Shown here in pieces: positions 25,240 to 38,420 of a DNA stretch of 64,000 bases; within the stretch, counting starts at the first letter, position 1, and every line of letters starts with the position of its first letter. The position numbers were made by a program, and so were the translations under genes. Source of the DNA: Heterodontus francisci (lineage: Eukaryota); assembly GCF_036365525.1 (NCBI RefSeq), contig NC_090406.1, positions 41,569,007 through 41,633,006 on the forward strand, in the 5' to 3' direction. The notes under the pieces were generated by a model. The model was not told the DNA's origin. It did no database searches and saw only the letters and a list, made by a program, of their open reading frames with translations.

Positions 25240-26482
25240 GTTATGTAGACAAAACTCTGAGAAGTGCAAAAACAATAGGGTAGTAATAGTAGAGGATTTC
25301 AGTTACCCCAATATTAACTGGGATAGTTTTAGTGTGAAAGGAATTGAGGGAGCAGAACTCTTGAGGTGCATTCGGGAGAACTTTTTTGCCCAGTATGTAG
25401 CAAGTCCAACAAGAGAGGGCGCAGTTTTAGACTTAGTTTTAGGAAATGAAGATGAGCAGGTGGAAGGAGTGGCAGTGGGAGAGCATTTTGGCGGTAGTGA
25501 ACATAATCCAGTCAGTTTTAACATAATTATGGAAAAGGACAGAGATAGAACAAGAATTCAAGTTCTCAATTGGGTTAAGGCCAATTTTACTAAACTGAGG
25601 AGTGATTTAGTGAAAGTGGACTAGAAACAGCTACTTGAAGGTAAATCATTGTTAGAACAGTGGGAGGCATTCAAAGGGGAAATTCAAGGGGTTCAGGGTA
25701 AACATGTTCCCACAAAGAAAAAGGGTGAGGTGGCCAAATCTAGAGCACCATAGATATCAAGGAGCCTCCAGGGTAAGATAAGACAGAAAAGGAAAGCTTT
25801 TGTCTGACACCAAGAACTCAATACGACAGAGAGCCAATAGGAGTATATAAAGTGGAAGGGTGAAATCAAAAAGGAAATTAGGAAAGCAAATAGAGGGCAT
25901 GAAAGAATATTGGCAAGCAAAATCAAGGTAACCCAAACATGTTTAATCAATATATTAAGAGTAAGAGGATAACTCAGGAGAGAGTGGGGCCCATAAAAGA
26001 CCAAAAATGTAACCTATGTGTAGGAGCAGAAGATATTGGTATGGTTCTTAATGAATACTTTGCGTTTGTCTTTACAAAAGAGGGGGACGATGCAGATATT
26101 GTAGTTAAGGAGGAAGAGTCTTAAGTATTGGATGTGATAAACAGGGAGAGAGGAAGTATTAATGGGATTAGCATCCTTGAAAGTTGATAAATCACCAGGG
26201 CCAGATGAAATACATCCTAGGCTGTTAAAAGAAGCAAGAGAGGAAATAGCAGAGGGTTTGACCATCATTTTGCAGCCCTCATTGGATACAGGTGTGCCGG
26301 AGGATTGGAGAATTGCTAACGTCGTACCTCGGTTTAAAAAGGGAGCGAAGGATAGACCGAATAATTACAGGCCAGTCAGTCTAACCTCAGTAGTGGGCAA
26401 ATTATTGGAATCTATTCTGAGAGACAGGATAAACTGTCACTTGGAAAGGCACAGGTTAATCAAGGATAGTCAGCATGGATTT

Positions 26483-29400
26483 AGAGTCAAAGAGTTATAC
26501 AGCATGGAAACAGGCCCTTCAGCCCATCGTGTCTGTGCTGGCCATCAAGCACCTATCTATTCTAATCCCATTTTCCAGCACTTGGCCTGTAGCCTTGTAT
26601 GTTATGGCATTTCAAGCGCTCATCTAAATACTTCTTAAATGTTCCTGCCTCTACCACCCCTTCAGGCAGTGTGTTCCAGATTTCAACCACCCTCTGGGTG
26701 AAAAAAATTTGCCTCAAATCCCCTCTAAACCTCCTGTCCCTTACCTTAAATCTGTGGCCCCTGGTTATTGACCACTTCACTAAGAACGAAGAACAGTACA
26801 GCACAGGAACAGGCCATTCGGCCCTCCAAGCCTGCGCAGATCATGATGCCTGCCTAAACTAAAACCTTCTGCATTTCCGGGGACTGTATCCCTCTATTCC
26901 CATCCTATTCATGTATTTGTCAAGATGCCTCTTAAACGTCATTATCGTACCTGCTTCCACCACCTCCCCCGGCAGCAAGTTCCAGGCACTCACCACCCTC
27001 TGTGTAAAGAACTTGCCTCGCACATCACCTCTAAACTTTTCCCCTCTCACCTTAAACCTATGTCCCCTAGTAACTGACTCTTCCACCCTGGGAAAAAGCT
27101 TCTGACTATCCACTCTGTCCATGCCGCTCATAACTTTGCAAGCCTCTATCATGTCACCCCTCCAACTCCGTCGTTCCAGTGAAAACAATCCGAGTTTATC
27201 CAACCTCTCCTCACAGCTAATGCCCTCCAGACCAGGCAACATCCTGGTAAACCTCTTCTGTACCCTCTCCAAAACCTCCACGTCCTTCTGGTAGTGTGGC
27301 GACCAGAATTGCACGCAATATTCTAAGTGTGGCCTTACTAAAGTTCTGTACAGCTGCAGCATGACTTGCCAAATTTTATACTCTATGCCCCGACCAATGA
27401 AGGCAAGCATGCCGTATGCCTTCTTGACTACCTTATCCACCTGCGTTGCCACTTTCAGTGACCTGAGGACCTGTACGCCCAGATCTCTCTGCCTGTCAGT
27501 ACTCCAAAGGGTTCTGCCATTTACTGTATACTTCCCACCTGCATTAGATCTTCATTTGTCCGGATTAAACTCCATCTGCCATTTCTCCACCCAAGTCTCC
27601 AACCGATCTATATCCTGCTGTATCCTCTGACTATCATCACTATCCTATTCCTATCCTATCGATGCCCCTCATAATTTTGTATACCTCAATCATGTCCCCC
27701 CTCAGCCTTCTCTGTTCCAAGGAAAACAACCCTAGCCTATCCAGTCTCTCTTCATAGCTGAAATGTTCCAGCCCAGGCAACATCCTGGTGAATCTCCTCT
27801 GCACCTTCTCCCGTGCAATCAAATCCTTCCTATAGTGTGGTGACCAGAACTGTACACAGTACTCCAACTGTGGCCTAACTAGTGTTTTATACAGCTCTAT
27901 CATAACCTCCCTGCTCTTATATTCTGTGCCTCGGCTAATAAAGGCAATTATCCCATATGCCTTCCTAACCACCTTATCGAGCTGTGCTGCTGCCTTCAGT
28001 GATCTATGGACAAGTACACCAAGGTCCCTCTGACCTTCTGTACTTCCTAGGGTCCAACCTTCCATTGTACATTCCCTTGCCTTGTTAGTCCTCCCAAAAT
28101 GCATCACCTCACACTTCTCAGGATTAAATTCCATTTGCTACTGCTCCACCCATCTTACCAGCCCATCTATATCGTCCTGTAATCAAAGGCTTTCCTCCTC
28201 ACTATTCACGACACCACAAATCTTTGTGTCATCTGCGAACTTACTGATCATACCTCCTATATTCATGTCTAAATCATTAATGTACACTACAAACAGCAAG
28301 GGTCCCTGCACCAATCCCTGCGTACACCACTGGTCACAGGGTTCCACTCGCAAAAACAACCCTCGACCATCACCCTCTGCCTCCTCCCACGAAGCCAATT
28401 TTAGATCCAATTTGCCAAATTTCCCCTGATCCCATGGGCTCTTACCTTCTTAACCAATCTCCCATGCGGGACCTTATCAAAAGCCTTACTGAAGTCCATG
28501 TAGACTACATCAACTGCTTTAGCCTCATCTACACATCTGATCACCTCCTTGAAAAATGAAATCAAGTTTGTTAGACATGATCTCCCCCTGACAAAGCCAT
28601 GCTGACTATCCCTGATTAATCCATACCTCTCCAAGTAGAGATTAATCCTGTCCCTCAGAATCTTTTCCAATGGTTTCCCTACCACTGATGTTAGACTCAC
28701 TGGCCTGGAATTACCTTGTTTATCCCTGTTACCCTTCTTGAATAATGGTACCACATTCGCTGTCCTCCAGTTCTCTGGTACCTCTCCTGTGGCCAGAGAG
28801 GATTTGAAAATTTGTGTCAAAGCCCCTGCTATCTCCTCCTTTGCCTCACATAAAAGCCTGGAATACATCTCATCTGGGTCTGGGGATTTATCCACTTTTA
28901 AGCCGGCTAAAACAGCTAATACTTCCTCCCTTTCAGTACTAATATGTTCGAGTATATCACAATCCCCCTCCCTGATCTGTAGACCAACATCGTCCTACTC
29001 CATAGTGAATGCAAATGAAAAGCAATCATTTAAAACCTCACCTATGTCCTATGGCTCCACACACAGATTGCCACTTAGCTCCCTAATGGGCCCTACTCTT
29101 TCCCTGGTTATCCTCTTGCCCTTAATGTACTTATAAAACACCTTGGGATTTTCCTTTATCTTGCCTGCCAGTGTTTTCTCATGTCCCCTCTTTGCTGTCC
29201 TAAGTACTTTTTAAAGTACCGGCCTACACTTTCTATACTCCTGTAGGGCCTCCGCTGTTTTCTGCCATTAGCCTCCTTTTTTTTTTCCTTATCCAATCCT
29301 CATCCCTTGACATCCAGGGTTCCCTGGACTTGTTGGTCCTACCCTTCACCTTTTTGGGAACATGTTGGCTCTGAACTCTCACTATTTCCTTTTTGAATGA

Positions 29401-29616
29401 CTTCCACTTTTCTGATGTAGACTTTCCTACAAGTAGCTGCTCCCAGTCCACTTTGGCCAGATCCTGTTTTATCATATTGAAATCGGCCTTCCCCCAATTC
29501 AGTACTTTTATTTCTGGTCCCTCGTTGTCCTTTTCCATAACTACCTTAAATCTTACAGAGTTATGGTCACTATCCCTGAAATGCTCTCCCACTGACACTT
29601 CTACCACTTGTCCAAC
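26483..29616 (-). mobile_element. CR1 inserted antisense into the + CR1
   Basis: ORFs 28401-28895, 27640-28134 and 26562-26804; the host CR1 resumes on both sides. Confidence 0.87.
26785..27645 (-). mobile_element. CR1 3' fragment nested within the antisense CR1
   Basis: ORF 26859-27452 with its own 3' tail; same subfamily as 15856-16538. Confidence 0.85.
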
Positions 29617-32126
29617 TTTGTTAATGGAAGATTTTGTTTGACCAACTTGATAGAATTTTTTGAAGAAGTAACAAGGAAGATAGATGAAGTTGGTGCAGTT
29701 GATGTGGTTTACATGGATTTTAACAACGCTTTTGACAAGGTCCCACATGGCAGACTGGTTGAAAAAGTAAAATCCCAAGGGATATAGGGAATTGCAGCAA
29801 GGTGGATACAAAATTGGCTCAGTGGCAGGAAACAAAAGGTAATTGTTGATGGCTGTAGTAGCGACTGGAGCACTATTTCCAGTGGCGTTCTGCAGGGCTC
29901 AGTACTGGGTCCCCAGCTTTTTGAGGTGTATATTAACAATTTGGACATAAATGTAGAGGGCATGATCAAGAAGTTTGCGGACAACACAAAGATTGACCGT
30001 GTGGTAGATAGTGAGGAGGATAGCTGTAAGCTGCAGGAAGATATCGATGGTTTGGTCAGATGGGCAGAAAAGTGGCAAATGGAATTCAACTTGGAGAAGT
30101 GTGAGGTGATGCATTTGGGGAGGTCAAACAAGGCAAAGGAATACACAATTAATGGGAAAATACTGAGAAGTATAGAGGAAGTAAGGGACCTTGGAGTGAA
30201 AGTCCACAAATCCCTCAAGGTAGCAGGACAGGTTGATAAGGTGGTTAAGCAGGCATATGGAATCCTTTCCTTTATTAGTCGAGGTACAGAATACAAGAGC
30301 AGGGAGGTTATACTGGAACTGTATAACTCATTGGTTAGGCCACAACTTGGGTACTGTGTGCAGTTCTGCTCACCTGATTACAGAAAGGATGTAATTGCAC
30401 TAGAGAGGGTATAGAGGAGATTTACGAGGATGTTGCCAGGACTGGAAAAATGCAGCTATGAGGAAAGATTGGATAGGCTGGAGTTGTTCTCCTTGGAACA
30501 GAGAAGGCTGAAGGGAGATCTGATTGAAATGTACAAAATTTTGAGGGCCTTGGATAGAGTTGATGTGAAGGGCCTATTTATCTTAGCAGAGAGGTCAGTG
30601 ACGAGAGGGCATAGATTTAAAGTGATTGGTAGAAATATTAGAGGGGAGATGAGGAAAAACTATTTCACCCAGAGGGTGGTGATGGTCTGGAACTCACTGC
30701 TTGAAAGGGTAGTTGAGGCAGAGACCCTCAATTCATTCAAAAGGAGTCTGGATATGCACCTCAAGTACCGTAAACTGCAGGGCTACGGACCAAATGCTGG
30801 AAAGTGGGATTAGAATAGGTGGATCTTTTTTTGGCTGGCACAGACATGATAGGCCAAGTGGCCCCTTTCTGTGCCTGAAACTTTCTATGATTCTATGATT
30901 TCTATGAATGTGATCTAGCCGTGGAGAAGGACCACATTCGTGCATCACCATCACGCCATTCCCCCCAGTGTTAAACCTATGTCATTCATCTTCTCTCCCC
31001 TCTCCATTGGATCTGGTTCTTCATGAATGGTGGCAAGTTGAGTTCTCAGACACATAATGTCATTGGACCAGATGAAATCCAGGCGTTAGGACACTCACTA
31101 TTTACTTCATAATGTAAGAGGTGAGACCCAGCAGCACACTTTCTACCCAATAAGAATCCATGACCTGCACACATTGCATCATCAGTCACCACAATTCTTC
31201 CTGAGTGTTTGATGCGGTACTTAGTGATCATGTGGGTACTTCCAGTATTTGGACATCACTTGAAACTATGCTGGGTCTGATGATATCATCAACTTGTGTC
31301 GGGCCACCCGATTATGTCACTTGGTACATGCTAAAAAGCTACTGTTGTAGTGAAATCAACTACAATTATGTCACCCTGACCTGTTGAATGAAATTCCCTT
31401 TATTAACCCTATGTTGTAGCTCAAATTATGTAAATTAGCCAATGTTGTAGATGGTCAAATTCAGCCTCAGAAATGGCTTGAGCACCCTCGCATGATCTTG
31501 TGATGCCCGTTCATGAGATCACATGTTTGAAGGGGCCACAAGTCAATTGCTGGGTTGACCTGGCAAGAAGAATTTTCAGAATCAAAACAAGGTTTGAAGT
31601 TACTCAATGTGGAGGAATCACTCCCCATTCAGACAGGAGTTTTTATAGATCACGCTGATAGAAAGTGACCTGTGACTACAGGTTCGCAATGATTGCAACA
31701 ATTGGTGCCACATAGCCCATTATAGAGTGGGGGATGATATGCCAGTTTCAGAGCTACTTCATTTACCTGCTTGTCTGTTTGGCCAAATTTAAACCAGAGA
31801 AGTAGCTGTTGTCCTGCTCCTGTGCCTGGCCACAGAGCTAGTATTGTACCTTCTCACTGAATTCCCTTTGTACCTTGATGCATGGCACTTCAATGATTGC
31901 CACCCAGCTCTGGGTGGGCAAGGGCCAAGATACTGTAAGAATCATTGTAAAGTCTTTACAATGGCTGGAGTTAGCACTTTATGAGGTGCAGGGAAACACT
32001 GCATTAGTGAAGTGGCATAATGTTATAATGCACATCAGTTGTCCTGTGTGTCCGGCAAAGATGCTGAATGCTAGCAAAAGAAGCATCTGAGCAGCCTAGT
32101 GCCCAAGATGTACCCTTCCTGCAACT

Positions 32127-32169
32127 GATCTACCCATTCATAATCCACCCATTCATAATCCACCCATTC
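32127..32169. repeat. Short tandem repeat, 15-bp unit (CACCCATTCATAATC) in about 2.7 copies
   Basis: Read directly; gives EWVD x3 in ORF 32071-32322. Confidence 0.8.
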
Positions 32170-33188
32170 TGTCTTGGCATCTGACACACAACAGGCATCA
32201 CTGGGGGGATCCCACAGCAGCGGGAGTTGATGGGCAACTTTGCAATGCAAGAGGAGCAGGACATGAAGTGGGGAAGACCCTGGGGACTGGGAGTCCAGGA
32301 GATCAATGTAGCCAGCAACCAAACATTAGGAGGAGTGTATAAGAGCTATTGCCACTTCTGTGCTGACAGCAGTTACTGCTTCCATAGATCACATTCTTAC
32401 AAAGTAGCCTTGATTGCTCAGAAACTGTAGTTTCAACACGTGTAACTCCCAGTCAAATCCACGTCCTAGAATCGCACTCCCATGCACTTGCATTTAGCCA
32501 ATTACCTGCCTATTGATGCTAGTGGTTGCACTGCCAGGAGAATAACCCAGAGAGGTTACAGGAGGGAAAACATGGCAGGAATCGAGGTGGTCAGTTAGAG
32601 TGCAGGGTTTTTCTGAGGGGCCCTGCCTCATTTCACTTACCCACCACCCAGAAATGGTCACATTTCATAAGGAAAGTCTAGGTCTGTATGTCAAAGGAAG
32701 TTGTGAACAGTCTACTTCTCAGACTTCATCTTGACTCCTGTGTGCAGTACTGGTCACTGAGGCACAAGGGTGCTATTGATCTGCTGTGACCAGTGTAGAG
32801 AAAAGCCACAAGTAGAATCGTTAGTGTAGGAGAAAACAACATTGATTAATATATAGAAATCATTCATCAAACAGAGAGTCAACATGATTCAAAGTGAGCC
32901 AAATGTCCTTGCTCATCCATAGTTATCTTGTGATCTGTTTTATTTGAATGAAGAGGAGCAATGGAAGGAAACTGAGCAGCATTCATAGATACACATGACC
33001 CAACAGGCAGAGCAGCTGTTGGATTGTAGAGGAGGCACTGTTTAGTTTGTATTGCCTGTAGTTTGCAACAACTATTGCTTGTATTCCAAAACACACATTA
33101 AAAGCTCCATTATCTGCAGTTGTGGAGTAGATAGCAAGACAGCTGTCTGTTGGCTCCATGACTTTCTGCCACCTATCCCACAACTCTT

Positions 33189-33505
33189 GGGCGGCACAGT
33201 GGCGCAGTGGTTAGTACCGCAGCCTCACAGCTCCAGGGACCCAGGTTCGATTCTGGGTACTGCCTGTGTGGAGTTTGCAAGTTCTCCCTGTGACTGCGTG
33301 GGTTTTCGTCGGGTCCTCCGGTTTCCTCCCACAGCCAAAGACTTGCACATGATAGGTAAATTGGCTGTTGTAAATTGCCCCTAGAGTAGGTAGGTGGTAG
33401 GGAATATGGGATTACTGTAGGGTTAGTATAAATGGGTGGTTGTTGCTCGGCACAGACTCGGTGGGCCGAAGGGCCTGTTTCAGTGCTGTATCTCTAAATA
33501 AAATA
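33189..33505 (+). mobile_element. HE1/V-SINE
   Basis: Full head GGGCGGCACAGTGGCGCAGTGG, B box and tail. Confidence 0.9.
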
Positions 33506-34699
33506 AACTCCACTCCATGTCTAAACCTCTCTGATCATGTTTCAGCCCTAATCAAAGTAAAAGTGACATCCATTGTGACTGGCGGTGTTTATCCCTCCTT
33601 ACCTTTATTTCAGTAGCTTTTACACCATTGATCACCTTTCCCAATGTCTCCTCTATTGTCCAGCTGAGTGGAAATGCCCTTGCTTTGTTCCACTATTAGC
33701 AATCAAATCATACCCAAAGAATCTCCTGCAATGGTTTCTCTTCCACCCCTGGACCATTACCTCTGGAGTTCCCTATGAACCTATCCTTGGCCCTATCTTA
33801 TTTCTCATCCGCACGCTGCCCCTTGGCGACAGACTGGTAAGACATGGCATCAGGTTTCAAATGTATAACCAACTCTACCTCGCCACCACCTCCCTTGACC
33901 CCTCCACTGCCTCTGTCTTGTCAGACTGCTTGATAAACATCCAGTATTGGATGAACTACAAATTCCTCCAATTAATGTTGGGAAGACCAAAGACTTTGGG
34001 CTGGATTTTTAAAACCCGCTGAGGGCGGGAGCGGGTGGAATGCGATTTGAAGGACATGCTCTCGGCGGTCAGCACTGCAATCCACCACCTCAACACATTG
34101 CCATTTTTAAAGCGATGCCGAGAGGGACGTTATGACAACTCTGCACGCCTCAAATTAAGTACCTGTTGAGCTCATTATGGAGCTCATTAACAGGCTTGTC
34201 AGTTTTCAATTTTAAAGGAAGGTTCTGCGTAAATGCCATGTCTGGAACATGGCAGTGTGTACAAGTCATGAACACTGCAGGGTGAGCCATGTGGGTTATT
34301 GGAAGGGCTGATTTACAAAAGGCAGAAGCCCAAAATAAAGCTCAGCTGCTTCAAAAGTGCCATAGAGTAGCCATTGCTGGAGCTGGAAGATTTGCTTTAC
34401 TCAGTGGTGATAGGTGGGAATCCAGAGAGAGAAGTTAGCCTGCTGGCATCACTTGGACACCTGAGGTCAGCAGGGGAAGGCCTGGTGTATGCACAAATCC
34501 TAGCTGAGGGGTTTCAGATGGGAACAGTCTACTCTGGCATTGAACAGAACAGCCAGGATGAGCAGCTGCAAATGCAACCTCCTGGGCAGCAGGAGACCAG
34601 AGGAGCACAGTGGGGGGTGGGGTGCTGCAAGGAGAAGGAGGCATTACTCTAGACATTGGATCTAACGCCCAAGAGTCAGCCACCTGCAACTACAGAGTG

Positions 34700-35590
34700 C
34701 CAGTGCCATAGGAGGTTACCCCTATCCAGGCAAATGGTCTCAGAATTTGTGCTCTCATCCACAATAACCTGAAGCCTCGTGACCCATGGCAGTCCTTTAC
34801 CTGCAGCCATCAAAGTCACAGTCGCCCTAAGCTTCTATACAACAGGCTCATTCCAGGGATCTGCTGCGGACCTAGGTGGCATCTTGCAATGAACAACTCA
34901 TCATGCCATCAGGCACAGATGCCCTATTTTGGAGGGTGAGGGTCTACATCCACTTTGACACAGATGACCCAGCACAGGCACAGAGGGCCCTGGGCTTTGC
35001 AGCCATCAATGGACTCCTTCAGGTCCAGGAGATCAGTGATTGCACCCATGTAGCCATCGAGGCACCGACCGACCAGTCAGTCAGATTCCTCAATTGAAAG
35101 GGCCACCACTCATAGAATGTCCAGCTGGTCTGTGACCACAGGAAGTGAATCTTGCAGGTTTGCATCCGGTTCATGTGTACCTGTCATGACTCCTTTAACC
35201 AGCGAGAGTCCCAGGTGCCCCACTTCTTCAGGCCCCCATCCAGACTCTGTGGGTTGCTGTTGGGGGGATAAGGGTTATCCCCTAAGGAGGTGGCTGCTGA
35301 CACCCATTTAAGCCCCAGACACTGATGGGGAGAGGCACTACAACCAGAGCCACCTCCTAACACGGACCTGCATTGAACAGACCATTGGCCTCTTGAAGAT
35401 ATGCTTTAATTGCCTTGACTGGTCAGGTGGTGTCCTCCAGTACGAGCCAGCCAGCATGGACCATATCGTGGTCATCTGCTGTACCTTGCAGAATATAACA
35501 CTGGAAAGAGGCCCGGAAATGGATGAGGAGGAGGAGCTGGAACACCACTCCACCTCGGAGGAGGACAGGGAGGAGGAAGAACAGAAGTGA
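34700..35590 (+). pseudogene. Harbinger (HARBI1-like) DDE transposase relic
   Basis: VALSFYTTGSFQ, DCTHVAI, NVQLVCDH, GDKGYPL..WLLTP and IEQTIGLLK.CF.CLD motifs, with stops and frameshifts. Confidence 0.9.
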
Positions 35591-36007
35591 GAGGAGGAAG
35601 GGATAGCTTCAGAGGTGGCTGGGGCCCAGACCTCAGGGTGAACTGCAGGCTGGCATGGAGGCAAGGGCCATGCTGATTCAGCAGCGCTTCACTTGATCGC
35701 CCCTGAGTCCTTGCGAATGATGACCCCACAACTCACCTTCCATCATACATAGCTATTCCACCACTGTGACCCTTAACTGCGAGGTGGCATTGACAGCCAT
35801 GAACATGAAGATGGAGGATTCCTCCATCCAACATTGTCCAACATCATAAGGCATGGTCACATATTCCCATGTCCCCGCCACCCGCCCTACAATGCAACAT
35901 CCCCCTTTTAGGTGAGACAGCAACAACACATCTGTCAGAGTGATGAAATAAATAAGTTATACTGTGAGACAAACGACATAACAGACACATGTAGACAATA
36001 GCACCCA

Positions 36008-36335
36008 CGGGACCCGATGGGTCGGGTTGCACCTCCGGGTACGGCATTCGGGCTCGAGTCGGGCTGGGTCGGACATGCTCTATCACAGGTAAGTGGTTCC
36101 AATGTTAATTTAATTTTTGAACTAGAAAGGTGGTTTTGTTACAGTTATTTTAAGCTTGTGAAGATCAGCAAGAAAGTGAAAAACGGAAGGTAAGTTAACT
36201 GATGGTTGGGTCGGGTCTGGTCGGGTTGGGCGTGAGAAAGAAAATGGAAGGACTTGGGCCGGGTCGGGCTCGGGTCAGATGTGATTCTGTCAGGCTCGGG
36301 TTGGATTCTTTTTTGCAGACCCGAGCAGGCCTTTA
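36008..36335. mobile_element. hAT-like MITE (one end lost)
   Basis: GGGTCGG repeats and end AGCAGGCCTTTA; homologous to 55710-56064. Confidence 0.7.
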
Positions 36336-36369
36336 AACCAGGTGACCCAGTAAGTGAATTCAACGGCGT

Positions 36370-37700
36370 GGCACTTTTCTCACCCTAACACTTCTACAGC
36401 GTGCTTCCCCTGTAGCAGAGGATGAGGTGGAGGCAGCTGCTCCCTACTCTCTGTCTCTGCTGAGATGCCCATGGCTTCCATCCTTGTATTGGAGGTGCTT
36501 GTAGGGGCTCCTCCACAGGCTGCCATGCCTGTGTCATGGCAGGGGCTGCCTCTGTCACAGGACATTGGCACACAGATGGCTCCTGAGTCAGATGGTGCGA
36601 AGAGTCAAAGGGTAATGACGATGCCCCCTGAGGACTGTGTTGGCCCTTTCCTGGCACCCGTGAATGCTGGAAATGGCCACTGACTGGGACACAGCTGACA
36701 TCCACTCCGAGCACCGAGTGGACAATGCTACAGAAAGTTTCACTCTTTCTGTGCATATCAGTGCGCTGCTCCTGCGCCCACTCAGAGTGGTGCTGCATTT
36801 GGATCTCCAAGAGGTTGCCCAATCTCTCAATCAATCTCTCAATGGAGGAGCTCATGCGATCGAATCCCTGAGTCATGACAGAGCACATGCACTGCATGGA
36901 CTCCTCCATTGCCTGCTCATGGCTCCTCAAGGCCTCTGAGAACCCCAACAGACAGGAACTTACCTGGCTCTGGTTCTCGAGGAAGACCCTCCTTGTCTGT
37001 GACATCGGAGGTCCAGCATCTTCGACCAGCGAATCATTGGTGTGTTGTCCTCTGTCCTCCGAGAGGGACTGCCCACAGGTGTCTCTGCCTCACCCTCCTC
37101 CTGCTCGCGCGTGATGAGAGGTTCATCCAGTGCTCCCCTTTCTACTCTAATCTGTGGCCCAACTGAGATGAGTGTGTCTGCACTGGTGAAAGGTGCTGAG
37201 ATGGGATGTGATGGTGCAAGTTCCGTGGACTGCCCCCTCCGCCGAGGATGTCGGCGCCAATATGGCAGGTCCACTTTGGTGCCACTCTGCAACAGGCCCT
37301 GTGGGGGATACAAGAAAATGGTGATGAGAACTGGTCCTACTCAACAAGTGCCCCAGCACAACCAAGCCCTCAAATGGCAGCAGTTGAAGATCCATAGCTT
37401 GGATTGGGCAGGAATCTCCTCCATGCCCTTCACTTCAAGAAACAGCTATCCAATGATCCTGTTGCTCTTGACCTCCCATCTCGCCATCTTCCACCGAATG
37501 CCCTGAGGGCACCTTGGTGATTTCCCACACTGCCTCCTCCTCTGCTGTCAGTGTGTGAAACTGTGCCACTCCACTTCCTGTTCTGCTCATCTCCCGAGTA
37601 TTATGGGCTGTTCTCCTCCTGCAGGATGAGGAGAAAGATTCATGAGTAGGCTGCCCATCCTCATCTCTTCTAGCATGACATACTCGTGGGCTGACTCTCC
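36370..37700 (-). pseudogene. Probable second Harbinger ORF (Myb/SANT partner protein) relic
   Basis: Convergent ORF 36394-37005 with coiled-coil character in the expected position; the Myb motif itself was not identified. Confidence 0.4.
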
Positions 37701-37994
37701 CCTCGTTGATCTTCCCAACTGAATGTTACCCCATACGTGTGGGTGGCTTCATCTCAGTGTAGCGACTGTTCACATACTCTGACAATGTGAGGGAGAACTA
37801 TGGACATTCTGTGAGGTCAGCTTGTGTGCTTTCTGGTGCTTAGAGAGTTGGTGCCCAATGAACCAGGTAATGCTGGCCACTCACTTTACCGGAACACAAG
37901 CGGTCATTGAACCTTTTCCTGCACCGTAACCAAGTCCTTCAGGTGGGTCCCCAGCTACTGACCTCCATGGCCACTTCCATCCACACCCTCTTGG

Positions 37995-38420
37995 CTTGTT
38001 TTCACTGGAGTTTAGAAGAGTGAGAGGAGACTTGATTGAAGTATATAAGATCCTGAACGGTCTTGACGGGGTGAATATGGAGGGGATGTTTCTTTTTGTG
38101 GGTGAGTCCAGAACTAGGGGGCACTGTTTGAAAATTAAGGGTCGCCCTTTTAGGACAGAGACAAGGAGAATGCTTTTTCTCTCAGAGGGTTGTGCGACTT
38201 TGGAATTCTCTGCCTCAGAAGTTGGTGGAGGCGGGGTCATTGAATATTTTTAAGGTAGAGGTAGATAGATTCTTGTTAGGCAAGGGACTCAAAGATTATC
38301 GGGGGTAGATGGGAGTGTGGAATTTGAGACAGAAACAGATCAGCCATGATCTTATTCAATGGCGGAACAGGCTTGATGGGCTGAATGGCCCACTTCTGCT
38401 ACTAATTTGTATGGTCTTGG
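37995..38420 (+). mobile_element. CR1 3' fragment inside the Harbinger element
   Basis: FSLEFRRVRGDLIEVYKIL, RTRGH. Confidence 0.85.

Larger units (their letters stand above)
22300..30906 (+). mobile_element. Near full-length CR1 LINE (ORF1 with SGNH esterase; ORF2 APE + RT) interrupted by nested insertions
   Basis: GDSIVRG, HIGTND and DGLHLN (23141-23640); AITETW and LDLVLGN (APE); NYRPVSLTS...SQHGF at 26480 resuming at 29617; KFADN; (TTCTATGA)n tail. Confidence 0.88.

Noticed and set aside
32127-32169. EWVDY peptide repeat as a coding signal
   Set aside because: A simple 15-bp local tandem duplication in a short ORF with no other coding evidence.
34700-35590. Domesticated HARBI1 host gene
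   Set aside because: Multiple stops and frameshifts, and enclosure by TIRs, show it is a dead transposon copy.
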